Counted from the first letter of the stretch, positions 19,509-29,949 are shown. The stretch is DNA of 64,000 bases from Mariniphaga sp. (GCA_019429205.1 JAHYIT010000013.1:5276-69275), one strand, 5' to 3'. Notes: generated from the sequence alone by a model not told the origin. Program-made: numbers and translations.

Positions 19509-19615
19509 TTTTCCAAAGTTTTTATAATTTATATGTGTCGCAATATTAACAAAATTTGAGTAAAGATGCCTTTGCACGCGTGTCAGATTTCTTATCTTTG
19601 TCCATTCAAATTTTT

Positions 19616-20656
19616 ATGGTTTTGAAAAATACTGAAAATGAGATTTTTACAGCATTAGAAACTTTAATTAAAGTTCCAAAGCAAAAAGTGACGTTGGTAA
19701 CACATGAGAATCCCGATGGTGATGCCATTGGTTCGGCCATTGGTTTTGGCGAAGTGCTTAAAAACTATGGGCATGAGGTAAAAATCATTGTACCCAACAG
19801 TTATCCTGAATTTTTAAAATGGTTTTCTACCGACATTGAAATTTTGGTTTACGATAGAAAGAAAAACCGGGGAAAAGCTATTTTGCAGGAAACGCAAATT
19901 TTGTTTTGTCTCGATTTTAATGAAGTCAAACGCACAGCCCGAATGGAAAAAAAAGTGCTTGAATTTTCAGGTGTAAAAGTGCTAATCGATCACCATCCAT
20001 ATCCAACAGATTTTTGTGATTTGATGATTTCGGAAACAGAATACAGTTCAACTGCCGAACTGGTTTTCGATGTAATTCAGCTAATTAACCTGGGAGAATA
20101 TATTAACCACGATGCCGCCGAGGCGTTGTTCACGGGAATTATGACCGATACCGGTTCTTTTGCCCACAATATTTCGCGGCCAAATACATTTCAGGTAGTC
20201 GCTAAATTAATGGATTTGGGAATCGATACCGAAAAAATTCATGCTGCGGTTTACCATAATTTTTCTGCCCATCGTATGAAACTGTTGGGGCATTGTTTAG
20301 GCGAAAAAATGGAAGTATTTCCTGAATACCGATCTGCTGTAATGTGGCTTTCGCAGAAGGAACTGGAGAAATTTGAATATCAGCCGGGCGATACCGAAGG
20401 GTTTGTAAATTATCCGCTTTCAATAAATAATATTGTTTTTAGTGCGTTATTTATTGAAAAGAAGGATCACGTAAAAGTTTCGTTCAGGTCGAAAGGAAAT
20501 TTTGCTTGTAATGAATTTGCACGCGACCATTTTTCGGGTGGGGGGCACAAAAACGCAGCCGGTGGCGAAACAAATTTATCGCTTGAAGCGGCAGTCGAAA
20601 AGTTTACGCAACTTTTAGGCGACTACAAGCATCTGTTATTGGAAACAACAATTTAA
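19616..20656 (+). CDS. nrnA: DHH/DHHA1 phosphoesterase (NrnA-like oligoribonuclease/pAp phosphatase)
   Basis: Start chosen at MVLKNTEN, an ATG that avoids overlapping ndk. Motifs are HENPDGDAIGS, DHH (IDHHP) and GGGH. Confidence 0.8.
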   Translation: MVLKNTENEIFTALETLIKVPKQKVTLVTHENPDGDAIGSAIGFGEVLKNYGHEVKIIVPNSYPEFLKWFSTDIEILVYDRKKNRGKAILQETQILFCLDFNEVKRTARMEKKVLEFSGVKVLIDHHPYPTDFCDLMISETEYSSTAELVFDVIQLINLGEYINHDAAEALFTGIMTDTGSFAHNISRPNTFQVVAKLMDLGIDTEKIHAAVYHNFSAHRMKLLGHCLGEKMEVFPEYRSAVMWLSQKELEKFEYQPGDTEGFVNYPLSINNIVFSALFIEKKDHVKVSFRSKGNFACNEFARDHFSGGGHKNAAGGETNLSLEAAVEKFTQLLGDYKHLLLETTI

Positions 20657-20667
20657 AAAATAGAAAA

Positions 20668-21183
20668 ATGAAGATAAAATTATTAATGAATCTGGCCATC
20701 GCAGCAATGGTAGCCCTGGTTTTTTCTTCGTGCTTAAAAACAGAAGATGAGAAAGTTTATACGGCGGCTGAAGAAATTGCTCTTAGAAAAGCTTATCTGG
20801 ATACCCTGGCAGCAAGGGGTCACGATATTGACACCCTCGAAAATGATATCTATTATGTTATGATGGATGATGAAAGTGAAGGTGATCTGGCTAAAGCAGG
20901 TGACACTTTAACCGTTGGCTATGCAGGTTATTTTATTGATGGTGTTTTGTTCGATTCATCTGAACTGAGCAGCACAAATGGTAAAATGACTTTTATACTT
21001 GAGCATGAAGAATACCGTATGATTCCGGGATTTGAAGCAGCTATGAAAGTGTTGAACAAAGGCGCCCGTGCACAATTTGTCATTCCATCAGAACTGGCAT
21101 ACGGAAGTAACGGGAGTGGACGAATTCCACCATACCAAACGCTGATTTTTGTAATAAAAATGCATGAAATAAAACCTTCGTAG
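20668..21183 (+). CDS. FKBP-type peptidyl-prolyl isomerase lipoprotein
   Basis: Lipobox VFSSC. FKBP core: GDTLTVGYAGYFIDGVLFDSS, IPGFEAAM, IPSELAYG, IPPYQTLIFVI. Confidence 0.8.
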   Translation: MKIKLLMNLAIAAMVALVFSSCLKTEDEKVYTAAEEIALRKAYLDTLAARGHDIDTLENDIYYVMMDDESEGDLAKAGDTLTVGYAGYFIDGVLFDSSELSSTNGKMTFILEHEEYRMIPGFEAAMKVLNKGARAQFVIPSELAYGSNGSGRIPPYQTLIFVIKMHEIKPS

Positions 21184-21211
21184 TTTTATTATTTATTAAA
21201 CAAGGAAACAG

Positions 21212-21727
21212 ATGAAACGTATTATAACATTATTTCTTTTGGCCGTTGTTGCCACAGCTTTTTTCTCGTGTAAGGAAAACAGCCTGGAAAAGCAGAGGCA
21301 AAACGAACTGAAAAAGCTGGATGAATTTATTCGCGCACATTATGCCGAAGTGGATCGCAAGCCTTCTGGCTTGTATTACATTGAACTGAAAGCAGGTACC
21401 GGCGATTCAATCAAAATGGGCGATCAGGTTCAGGTTTTTTATGAAATTCAAACACTTGACAGCCTGAATAAAATTGGAACAGGCAAATATGAACCAGTCC
21501 AGCTAACTGTGCTTCCTCCCACAGAATTGGCATCATCAGCCACCAACATTAGTGAACTGAAAGCATTGAATGAAGCGCTGACATATATGAAAAAAGGATC
21601 CAAAGCACGTCTGATTTTCGATTCCCAGCTTGGCTTCGGCCAATATGGTTCTTATGGGTTTATTGGTTTTACTCCACTGATGATGGAAGTGGAAGTGTAT
21701 AAAGTTTTTCCGGCCCCAGGTTCCTGA
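21212..21727 (+). CDS. FKBP-like peptidyl-prolyl isomerase lipoprotein (divergent paralog)
   Basis: Lipobox FFSC. It has the same size and layout as the upstream gene, with degenerate FKBP motifs (GDQVQVFY, LNEALTYMKKGSKARLIFDSQLGFG). Confidence 0.65.
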   Translation: MKRIITLFLLAVVATAFFSCKENSLEKQRQNELKKLDEFIRAHYAEVDRKPSGLYYIELKAGTGDSIKMGDQVQVFYEIQTLDSLNKIGTGKYEPVQLTVLPPTELASSATNISELKALNEALTYMKKGSKARLIFDSQLGFGQYGSYGFIGFTPLMMEVEVYKVFPAPGS

Positions 21728-21799
21728 ACAATAAGTTTATTCGGGGTTTATTTTCTGGCCGAATTATACAAACAAAGTAGGAAACAAAAAACATTGGTT

Positions 21800-22300
21800 A
21801 TGGAAGAGTGGGTGCCTCTGGTGGATGAAAGCGGAAAAGTTACGGGACAGGCGCTGCGCAGTCAGGTGCACAACGGAAGTAAATTGTTGCATCCGGTAGT
21901 GCACATGCACGTGTTAAACCGGAACAAAGCCATTCTCCTTCAAAAACGACCTGAAACGAAACTCATTCAACCCGGGAAATGGGACACGGCAGTTGGCGGA
22001 CATATTTCTGCCGGGGAAAGCCTGGAACAAGCCTTGCATAAAGAAGCCTGGGAAGAAATTGGATTGAAAGATTTTTTTGCAAAACTTCTCCAGGTATATA
22101 AATGGGAATCGGATGTGGAGGCCGAATTGGTTTACCTTTTTGTAACGCACGATTTTAAAAATTTCAACGTACATTCTAACGAAGTAGTTGAAGCACGTTT
22201 CCAGACTAAAAATCAGATAGAAAACCAACTGGGATTGGGCGTGTTCACCCCTAATTTCGAGCATGAATTTCTTTTGCTGAAAGAAAAAGGACTGGTTTAA
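21800..22300 (+). CDS. NUDIX hydrolase
   Basis: The Nudix box GGHISAGESLEQALHKEAWEEIGL is present. ATG at 21800 is preferred over the TTG at 21794. Confidence 0.8.
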   Translation: MEEWVPLVDESGKVTGQALRSQVHNGSKLLHPVVHMHVLNRNKAILLQKRPETKLIQPGKWDTAVGGHISAGESLEQALHKEAWEEIGLKDFFAKLLQVYKWESDVEAELVYLFVTHDFKNFNVHSNEVVEARFQTKNQIENQLGLGVFTPNFEHEFLLLKEKGLV

Positions 22301-22315
22301 TTCCTGATGCTTTTT

Positions 22316-23017
22316 TCAGTTTCCCAGTAAAAATATAGCGGGCTGTTTGTGCAAATCAGGCACATTTCCTTTCCATTGACTGACAGATTTTGTGGCAATA
22401 AATTCATTTTCGCCGGTAATATTGGCTGCAATGCAAAGCAGGGTAGAGGGTGAACAGGTTTTCATCACATCGGTAATAAGTTGATTGTTGCGGTATGGCG
22501 TTTCAATAAAAATTTGAGTTTGCCCACTGTTCTTCACCAGTTTTTCAAGGTTCGAAATTGCCCTGGTACGTTCATTTGCCCTGACGGGCAGGTACCCGTT
22601 AAAAGCAAAATTCTGACCATTTAAACCCGATGCCATCAACGCCAGCAAAATGGACGACGGACCAACTACAGGCACAACTTTATATCCTTTCTGATGCGCA
22701 ATTTTCACCACTTCGGCTCCCGGATCGGCAATGCCCGGGCAACCGGCTTCTGAAATAACAGCAATATTTTCGCCTTGTTCCAGCGGTTTTAAAAAGCCAG
22801 GGATTTCATGTTGCTTCGTTTGTTTGTTCAGCTCGAAAAATGTTAACCCGTCAATATTTATCTCCCGGTTTACCTGTTTTAAAAACCTGCGTGCCGTTCT
22901 TACATTCTCAACAATAAAAAAACGCGTGTTGGACACCAACTGAAAAATTTGTGCCGGCATAACATTCTGCCAGTCGCCATCGCTTAAAACATTGGGTAGA
23001 AGATAAAGTGCTGCCAT
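22316..23017 (-). CDS. SAM-dependent methyltransferase, tetrapyrrole-methylase fold (RsmI-like)
   Basis: 233 aa. LYLLPNVL, SEAGCPGIADPG and the GPSS region are typical of the TP_methylase/RsmI superfamily. Confidence 0.7.
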   Translation of the reverse strand: MAALYLLPNVLSDGDWQNVMPAQIFQLVSNTRFFIVENVRTARRFLKQVNREINIDGLTFFELNKQTKQHEIPGFLKPLEQGENIAVISEAGCPGIADPGAEVVKIAHQKGYKVVPVVGPSSILLALMASGLNGQNFAFNGYLPVRANERTRAISNLEKLVKNSGQTQIFIETPYRNNQLITDVMKTCSPSTLLCIAANITGENEFIATKSVSQWKGNVPDLHKQPAIFLLGN

Positions 23018-23081
23018 CTGAAAAATTTTGGTAAAATTAAAGATAATCGTGGTTTAGCCAACCTTTTGCTAATTTTGCAGC

Positions 23082-23873
23082 ATGTTAAGCCAAAATAAAT
23101 TTGAGATTGAAGCAATTCTGCTTGGTACGGGAACCTCGCAGGGTGTGCCGGTAATAGGTTGCGATTGTCCGGTTTGCCAGTCGGCAGATCAGAAAGACAA
23201 GCGGCTACGCTCATCGTTGTTGCTAAAGATTAACGGACAAAACTTTGTGATTGATGCCGGCCCTGATTTCAGGCAGCAAATGTTGCGTGAAAAGGTAAAA
23301 AACCTTCGGGCAATTTTAATTACTCACGAACATGTCGATCATATTTTTGGTCTGGACGATATCCGGTCGTTTAACTGGCTTCAAAACAAATCAATCGATA
23401 TTTATGCTGAAAAGCGCGTTCAGGAATCCATAAAACGCATTTTTGATTATGTTTTTGCCGAACATAAATATCCCGGAATACCCAGAATGAAATTGCATAC
23501 AATAAATGATTCATCTCTTATAATTGACGGAATTGAATTCATACCAATCCGGTGTTTTCATCATAAACTTCCGGTTTATGGTTTTCGTGCAGGAAATCTC
23601 AGTTACATTACCGATACGAACTTTATTCCTGACGAGGGAATTGAAAAACTGAAAGGTTCCAGGGTTTTAATAATCAATGCGCTAAGGGAGAAAGAGCATA
23701 TTTCTCATTTTAATCTTCAGGAGGCTTTGGAAATGATAGTAAAAATAAAACCCGAAAGGGCCTTTTTAACACATATTAGTCATGAATTTGGAAATCATGA
23801 TAAGATTCAGTCCATGCTGCCGGAAAATGTTTTTGTAGCATTTGACGGGCAAAAAATTAAGCTGAAGGATTAA
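23082..23873 (+). CDS. MBL-fold metallo-hydrolase (PhnP-like)
   Basis: The HxHxDH motif (THEHVDH) is present, with an N-terminal Cys pair CDCPVC as in PhnP-type phosphodiesterases. Confidence 0.8.
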   Translation: MLSQNKFEIEAILLGTGTSQGVPVIGCDCPVCQSADQKDKRLRSSLLLKINGQNFVIDAGPDFRQQMLREKVKNLRAILITHEHVDHIFGLDDIRSFNWLQNKSIDIYAEKRVQESIKRIFDYVFAEHKYPGIPRMKLHTINDSSLIIDGIEFIPIRCFHHKLPVYGFRAGNLSYITDTNFIPDEGIEKLKGSRVLIINALREKEHISHFNLQEALEMIVKIKPERAFLTHISHEFGNHDKIQSMLPENVFVAFDGQKIKLKD

Positions 23874-23878
23874 AGTAG

Positions 23879-24119
23879 GGCTAATTCCTTATTTTATGTG
23901 TTTTAGAATTTTTTTTTTACACCGCGGCTTCTCCCGAAGGGATTCCCTTGGAAAGCCCGGTGAACAGAGGAAGCCAAAGACAAAAGGGCTTCAGCCATTA
24001 AAGGGATTAAATGCTAAAGTCGAAAAGGACTCCTAAAAGGTCAAACACCGGGCTAAAAGCACCGGTGTAAAAAATGGATAGTTTATTCTGTCAGCCTTCA
24101 AAATAATGAAGTTTCCGTA
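23879..24119 (+). mobile_element. MITE-like element, copy 2 (core 23919-24068, degenerate outer arms, 22-bp insertion)
   Basis: The core aligns with 3181-3305, sharing GGCTTCAGCCATTAAAGGGATTAAATGCTAAAGTC and the terminal ACACCG.GG / CACCGGTGT. An extra palindromic insert TCCCGAAGGGATTCCCTTGGAA lies in the left inner arm. The element sits between two convergent 3' ends. Confidence 0.65.
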
Positions 24120-24132
24120 ATTTTTTCTGAAT

Positions 24133-25782
24133 CTACATCAAAAAGCTTAATAAAATACCAGCAGCCACTGCCGAGCCAATTACACCCGAAACATTGGGCG
24201 CCATGGCATGCATTAACAGGTGGTTGGTTGGATCTTCCTTCAATCCCATGTGCTGCACAACACGCGCACTGTCAGGCACAGCAGAAACTCCGCTTGCGCC
24301 AATCATGGGATTGATTTTATTGTTTTTACTCATAAATACGTTCATCAGTTTGGCGCCTGCCACACCTCCGGCTGTTGCAATCACAAAAGATGCTGCTCCC
24401 AATGCAAAAATTTTAATGGATGAAGGCGTAAGGAACACATCGGCTTGAGTTGAGGCACCAACCGTAATCCCAAGCAATATGGTAATTACGTCAATTAACG
24501 CGTTACTTGCAGTATTTGCAAGCCGTTTGGTAACGGTAGATTCTTTTAGAAGGTTCCCAAAAAACAACATTCCCAGCAGCGGTAAAGCCGACGGCGCAAT
24601 AAATGCGGTGAGCAATAAACCTACAATGGGAAATAATATTTTTTCGAGTTTTGAAACCGCACGGGGAGGTTTCATTTTAATTCTGCGTTCTTTTTTTGTG
24701 GTAAGCAGTTTTATAACCGGCGGTTGAATTACGGGCACCAATGCCATGTATGAATAAGCTGCGATGGCAATGGGGCCAATCAGGTTTTGAACAACCTGCC
24801 CGTTGGCCATCACGTTCATTCCGTTGGCCAGTTTCGACGAAATAAAGATTGCGGTTGGACCATCTGCACCACCAATAATTCCGATTGCGCCAGCCTCCGG
24901 TGGAGCAAAGCCAAGCCAAAGCGCTCCCAAAAATGTTAGGAAAATACCTACCTGGGCAGCAGCTCCCAGCAACATCAGTTTCGGGTTCGAAATAAGCGAT
25001 GAAAAATCTGTCATAGCGCCAATTCCCAGAAAAATAAGTGGCGGATACCAACCCTGTAAAACACCCTGGTAAAGAATATTCATAACTGAACCGGGTTCGT
25101 AAATACCCAGTTTCAAATTGAAATCTGCTACCTGGAACATCGGAATATTCCCGACCAGAATTCCAAAACCGATGGGCACAAGCAGCAGCGGTTCAAATTC
25201 GTAACGGATTCCCAGAAAAATAAAAGTTAACCCGATTAGAATCATCAACAGGTGTTTCCATGTTACGTTTGCAAAACCGGAGAATTCGTAAAAATTGAAA
25301 AGCCCGGAAACCGCACCACTGTAATTTTTATACTCGAAACCATCTCCGGCTAATTTGCCGTCGGATGCTATATAAAGTGACCGCTGCGGAAGTTTTACCG
25401 TTTCAAGTTCAGTTTTATAATCGGTTGAGGAATTATTCGGATCCATGTTTTTGCGCAAATGCGTAACCACAACCGGATTAAAATCGAGAATAATTTGTTC
25501 TCCGGAAATGCGATACCGGCCTGTGTAACGCTGTTTGGCAGAATCGAGTGTAAACGTGTTGTTCGATTCAAAACTAAATGTTTTATATCGTTTAACGGTT
25601 GCCGGCTTTTCGTCAGGCGATGTCTCCTTCGGGTTATACGTAGGCACTGGAACATAGCCATCGCTGTGGTTCACCCATTTTCCACTGATAATTTGAGTTG
25701 AAATGTTTTTTTCATTTCCACGAGTAGAAAGAGCAGAAAACAGTACCGCAAAGATTGTAAGTAGTTGAAATATTTTTCTCAT
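24133..25782 (-). CDS. mmdB: Na+-translocating (methylmalonyl-CoA/oxaloacetate) decarboxylase beta subunit with an N-terminal extra domain
   Basis: Residues ~165-549 are a typical OadB/MmdB membrane subunit (FEPLLLVPIGFG, GADGPT, multi-TM). Residues 1-160 are a signal/anchor segment plus a soluble lipocalin-like region fused in frame. Confidence 0.85.
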   Translation of the reverse strand: MRKIFQLLTIFAVLFSALSTRGNEKNISTQIISGKWVNHSDGYVPVPTYNPKETSPDEKPATVKRYKTFSFESNNTFTLDSAKQRYTGRYRISGEQIILDFNPVVVTHLRKNMDPNNSSTDYKTELETVKLPQRSLYIASDGKLAGDGFEYKNYSGAVSGLFNFYEFSGFANVTWKHLLMILIGLTFIFLGIRYEFEPLLLVPIGFGILVGNIPMFQVADFNLKLGIYEPGSVMNILYQGVLQGWYPPLIFLGIGAMTDFSSLISNPKLMLLGAAAQVGIFLTFLGALWLGFAPPEAGAIGIIGGADGPTAIFISSKLANGMNVMANGQVVQNLIGPIAIAAYSYMALVPVIQPPVIKLLTTKKERRIKMKPPRAVSKLEKILFPIVGLLLTAFIAPSALPLLGMLFFGNLLKESTVTKRLANTASNALIDVITILLGITVGASTQADVFLTPSSIKIFALGAASFVIATAGGVAGAKLMNVFMSKNNKINPMIGASGVSAVPDSARVVQHMGLKEDPTNHLLMHAMAPNVSGVIGSAVAAGILLSFLM

Positions 25783-25800
25783 TTTTTTGAATGCTTGCGG

Positions 25801-26226
25801 TTAACCAATTTCAATAAGAACATCATCCTGTTGAACGGCATCTCCCACGTTTACTTTGATGGCCAAAACTTCACCTCCTTTGGTTGTTTGTACCTGGTTT
25901 TCCATTTTCATGGCTTCCATAACCAAAAGGTTTTGTCCTTCGGAAACCATATCACCAACCGATATGTTCAGTTTTAAAATGGTTCCGGGAAGTGGTGCAG
26001 TAACCTCGTGTTTCCCGGAAGGTTCTTTCTTTTTAATCTGGCCTTCGCCGGGCATTTTTTCCAATGGTTTGCGAACCAGGCGAGGTGTTTTTGAGGTTTT
26101 TATTTCGTTGTGAATCAATACCTCATAACAGGTGCCGTTTACATCAACTTCGGCAATACTGTCTTCAATGTCTTTTATATTGACTTCGTATTCGTTCCCA
26201 CTTATGGTAAATTTATATTTTTTCAT
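25801..26226 (-). CDS. Biotin carboxyl carrier subunit of the decarboxylase
   Basis: The biotinyl-lysine motif VMEAMKMENQV lies in a C-terminal lipoyl/biotinyl domain. Confidence 0.85.
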   Translation of the reverse strand: MKKYKFTISGNEYEVNIKDIEDSIAEVDVNGTCYEVLIHNEIKTSKTPRLVRKPLEKMPGEGQIKKKEPSGKHEVTAPLPGTILKLNISVGDMVSEGQNLLVMEAMKMENQVQTTKGGEVLAIKVNVGDAVQQDDVLIEIG

Positions 26227-26238
26227 TCTTTTGTGATT

Positions 26239-26604
26239 TTAATTTCTGGGCCAGTTTTGGGTTACGCTATATATTTTTGAACTCCAGGGTGAATAGGCCT
26301 TTTTAACCTGTTTAATGGTAACTATATTGCTTTCTTCATCGTGCATTTCATCAAAATAAAGATGAAGGGCCAAACTGATGGCAGCCGTAACGTTTCCTTC
26401 AATATGTTGGTCTTGTTCTCCGGAAGAAGATGATTTTTCCTGTTTTCCTGTTTTCTTTTTTATTTTCAGATTAATAATTTTCGGAAGCCTCGAAAAAACC
26501 AAAAACAATAAGGTTAATGCCGAGAGTACAATTCCAAATCCAACAATTGCAACAGTAAAACCAAAATCAAACGGATTGACCAGAAGCATAAAAAGAATGT
26601 TCAT
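26239..26604 (-). CDS. OadG-family small membrane subunit
   Basis: A single N-terminal TM helix, a charged linker and the operon position between the carboxyltransferase and BCCP genes support the call. Confidence 0.65.
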   Translation of the reverse strand: MNILFMLLVNPFDFGFTVAIVGFGIVLSALTLLFLVFSRLPKIINLKIKKKTGKQEKSSSSGEQDQHIEGNVTAAISLALHLYFDEMHDEESNIVTIKQVKKAYSPWSSKIYSVTQNWPRN

Positions 26605-26616
26605 TTTAATTTTACT

Positions 26617-28176
26617 TTAAAGTGGAATGTTGGAATGTTTTTTGGGCGGATTTACAAGCTTTTTGGTAGCAAGGCTTTGGAATCCGCGAATAATCCGGAA
26701 ACGGGTGTTTCTGGGTTCAATAATATCGTCGATGTAGCCAAGTGCCGCAGCCTGGTATGGGTTGGCAAATTTTTCCTTATATTCTTCTTCGTGGTCGGCA
26801 ATAAATTTTGCCCTTTCCTCAGGGTTTTCAATTTCTGCCATTTTTTTTCCATGAAGAACTTCAACTGCGCCGGATGCTCCCATAACAGCAATTTCGGCGG
26901 TTGGCCAGGCATAATTCAGGTCGCCACGCAATTGCTTGCTCGACATTACATCGTGCGCCCCACCGTATGATTTACGGAGAGTTACAGTAATTTTAGGAAC
27001 AGTGGCTTCGCCATAAGCAAACATCAGTTTTGCTCCATGAATGATAATTCCGCCATATTCCTGCCGGCTGCCGGGAAGGAATCCCGGAACATCGACCAGT
27101 GTAAGAATTGGAATATTAAAACTGTCGCAAAAACGCACAAAACGGGCAGCTTTTCTCGATGCTTCAATGTCGAGCACACCGGCCAGGTAATTGGGCTGGT
27201 TGGCAACAATTCCTACCGGATGTCCATCGAATTTGGCAAAACCAACTACAATATTTTTTGCGTAATTTCGGTGAATTTCAAGGAATTCAGCATAATCGAC
27301 AATTGAAGATATTACATCAGTTACATCGTAGGGTTGATTTGGATTTTCCGGCATAATTTCATTCAGAGAATCATCCATCCGATCAATAGGATCAGTATTT
27401 TCTGTAACAATTGGGTCTTCCAGGTTATTTTGTGGCAGAAAAGTAAGAAGTTTACGAATGAGCATCAAACCTTCCTTTTCATTTTCAACCAGAAAATGAG
27501 AAACACCGGATTTTGATGCATGAATTTTTCCTCCTCCCAGGTCTTCCACCGAAATATCTTCGCCGGTAACTGTTTTTACTACTTTGGGGCCGGTAACAAA
27601 CATATACGAATTCTGTTCGGTCATCATAATAAAATCCGTTAGAGCGGGCGAATAAACAGCACCACCGGCACACGGACCGAAAATGGCCGAGATTTGCGGA
27701 ATTACGCCTGAGGCAAGGATATTTCGTTCAAAAATTTCGGCATATCCGGCCAGGGAAGTTACGCCTTCCTGGATTCGGGCGCCACCTGAATCGTTTATTC
27801 CAATTAGCGGGGCGCCGGCTTTCATGGCCATGTCCATCACTTTGCAGATTTTTTGTGCAAAAGTTTCAGAAAGTGAACCGCCAAAAATGGTAAAATCTTG
27901 CGAAAATACATAAACTACACGTCCGTCAATTGTTCCATGCCCGGTTACCACACCATCGCCCAGAAATTTTTTCTTTTCCATTCCGAAGTTGGTACATCGG
28001 TGGGTAACAAACATGTCAAATTCTTCAAAACTCCCTTCGTCGAGCAAAAGATCAATTCGTTCCCTTGCACTGAATTTGCCTTTGCGATGCTGAGCCTCTA
28101 TCCTGTTCAATCCTCCGCCAAGTTTGGCCTCAGCCCGCAATTCAATCAGCTTTTTTACTTTATCCTGCGTATTCAT
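26617..28176 (-). CDS. mmdA: Methylmalonyl-CoA decarboxylase alpha subunit (carboxyltransferase)
   Basis: 519-aa acyl-CoA carboxylase beta-type carboxyltransferase ([39 protein letters not shown]). Confidence 0.9.
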   Translation of the reverse strand: MNTQDKVKKLIELRAEAKLGGGLNRIEAQHRKGKFSARERIDLLLDEGSFEEFDMFVTHRCTNFGMEKKKFLGDGVVTGHGTIDGRVVYVFSQDFTIFGGSLSETFAQKICKVMDMAMKAGAPLIGINDSGGARIQEGVTSLAGYAEIFERNILASGVIPQISAIFGPCAGGAVYSPALTDFIMMTEQNSYMFVTGPKVVKTVTGEDISVEDLGGGKIHASKSGVSHFLVENEKEGLMLIRKLLTFLPQNNLEDPIVTENTDPIDRMDDSLNEIMPENPNQPYDVTDVISSIVDYAEFLEIHRNYAKNIVVGFAKFDGHPVGIVANQPNYLAGVLDIEASRKAARFVRFCDSFNIPILTLVDVPGFLPGSRQEYGGIIIHGAKLMFAYGEATVPKITVTLRKSYGGAHDVMSSKQLRGDLNYAWPTAEIAVMGASGAVEVLHGKKMAEIENPEERAKFIADHEEEYKEKFANPYQAAALGYIDDIIEPRNTRFRIIRGFQSLATKKLVNPPKKHSNIPL

Positions 28177-28213
28177 TATAAAATCGGTTAATGGTGACTT
28201 TAGTCTTTCGAAG

Positions 28214-28615
28214 TTATTTACTGCAAATTTCGGTTAAAACCCCCAGGGTTGATTTGGGATGCAAAAATCCGATGTTAAGTCCTTCGGCGCCTTTACGGCT
28301 TTTTTGGTCGATTAAACGAACTCCTTGTTCTTCAAGTTCCTTAAGCGATTCATCAACATTTTCAACTGCATAAGCAATATGATGGATTCCGGGGCCTTTT
28401 TTTTCTAAAAATTTTCCAATTGGTCCTTCCTTATCTGTTGATTCCAGCAATTCAATTTTTGTTTGCCCCACCATAAAAAAGGCAGTTTTAACTTTTTGGT
28501 CTGTTACTTCTTCAACTGCATAGCATTTTTGTCCCAGCATCTTTTCGTAAAAAGGAATGGCTTCGTCGAGACTGTTTACTGCTAAACCGATGTGTTCTAT
28601 ATGTGAAATATTCAT
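28214..28615 (-). CDS. mce: Methylmalonyl-CoA epimerase (VOC fold)
   Basis: 133 aa. The sequence IEHIGLAV...HHIAYAV...[14 protein letters not shown] matches the epimerase family pattern, and the operon context agrees. Confidence 0.85.
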   Translation of the reverse strand: MNISHIEHIGLAVNSLDEAIPFYEKMLGQKCYAVEEVTDQKVKTAFFMVGQTKIELLESTDKEGPIGKFLEKKGPGIHHIAYAVENVDESLKELEEQGVRLIDQKSRKGAEGLNIGFLHPKSTLGVLTEICSK

Positions 28616-28629
28616 AGTTAACTATTTTA

Positions 28630-29949
28630 TTATTTGTTACCGTTTTCGTCCCATATATAGTGGAAGTGAGGGCCAAAGCGTTCAAAAGCTGCTTTATCAA
28701 GTTCATCCTGATGGTCGGGGTGAGCAATGGAAATAATAAGTTTGGCGCGGTCTTGTAATGATCGTCCGTAAAGGTTCACTGCCCCAAATTCAGTTACCAG
28801 CCAGTGAATATTGGCACGGGTACTCACAACGCCGGCTCCTGGTGTTAAAATGGGTGCAATTTTGCTGATGCCTTTATTGGTAACCGATTGCATGGCAATA
28901 ATCGGCTTTCCTCCACTGCTAAGCGATGCTCCGCGTAAAAAGTCAATTTGTCCACCTACGCCCGAATAAAATTTAGTACCAATTGAATCGGCGCAAACCT
29001 GCCCTGTAATATCAATCTGGAGGGCTGAGTTTATCGCCGTTACTTTCGGGTTTTTTGCAATAACATTTACCCGGTTGGTATATTTTACGTCTTGCATGGC
29101 AACCCCTGGGTTATCGTTAATAAATTCATACAATTTTTTTGAACCCATTAAGAATGTAGCTACCAATTTGCCCTTGTCAATTTTTTTGTTTTTTCCGTTT
29201 ATCACACCCTTGTCAACCAGGGGTAAAATCCCGTCGGCAAACATTTCAGAATGAACTCCCAAATCCTTATGGTTTCCCAACATGGTAAGCACTGCATTTG
29301 GTATGGCTCCAATTCCCATTTGTAAGGTGGCACCGTCTTCTACCAATTCAGCAACATAACGTCCGATTTTACGGTCGGTTTCACCAATTGGCCCTGGATC
29401 GGCTGCAATCAGTTCGCTGTCATCTTCAACAAACAGGTCAATTTCATTGATGTGAATCATGGCATCGCCAAATGCCCGCGGTACATTTGGATTTACGATG
29501 GCAATTACAGTATCTGCTTTTTCTACTGCGGCAAGGGTGGCATCAACCGAAGTTCCCAGCGAAGCATAACCAAATTTGTCGGGAACCGAAATCTGAATCA
29601 TGGCCACGTTTACCTGAAGGTAACCTTCACGAATGAGTCGCTGGGTTTCCTGAAGAAATACCGGAATATAATCAGCATAACCGGCCTGGGTTTGTTTTCG
29701 TACATTGTGCCCCACAAAAAATGATTCCAACTGAAAAATTCCTTCAAATTCGGGATTTGCATAAGGCGCATCTCCTTCGGTATGAATATGTTGGATTCGA
29801 ACATTTCTGAACTCTTTGTTACGGCCCCTTTCACACATGGCCTCAATTAACGGATGAGGTGTTACAGCAACACTGTGAAGGTGAACACGGTCGTTTGATT
29901 TAATAACTTTAACTGCTTCTCTGGCGCTGATAAATTTGATATTTTTCAT
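28630..29949 (-). CDS. Acetyl-CoA hydrolase/transferase family CoA-transferase (4-hydroxybutyrate/succinate CoA-transferase-like)
   Basis: About 439 aa counted from the ATG at 29949 (the track uses a TTG at 29958). The family sequence pattern is present (LQMGIGAIPNAV, GSKKLYEF, NSALQIDITGQ, SGVGGQIDF). Confidence 0.8.
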   Translation of the reverse strand: MKNIKFISAREAVKVIKSNDRVHLHSVAVTPHPLIEAMCERGRNKEFRNVRIQHIHTEGDAPYANPEFEGIFQLESFFVGHNVRKQTQAGYADYIPVFLQETQRLIREGYLQVNVAMIQISVPDKFGYASLGTSVDATLAAVEKADTVIAIVNPNVPRAFGDAMIHINEIDLFVEDDSELIAADPGPIGETDRKIGRYVAELVEDGATLQMGIGAIPNAVLTMLGNHKDLGVHSEMFADGILPLVDKGVINGKNKKIDKGKLVATFLMGSKKLYEFINDNPGVAMQDVKYTNRVNVIAKNPKVTAINSALQIDITGQVCADSIGTKFYSGVGGQIDFLRGASLSSGGKPIIAMQSVTNKGISKIAPILTPGAGVVSTRANIHWLVTEFGAVNLYGRSLQDRAKLIISIAHPDHQDELDKAAFERFGPHFHYIWDENGNK

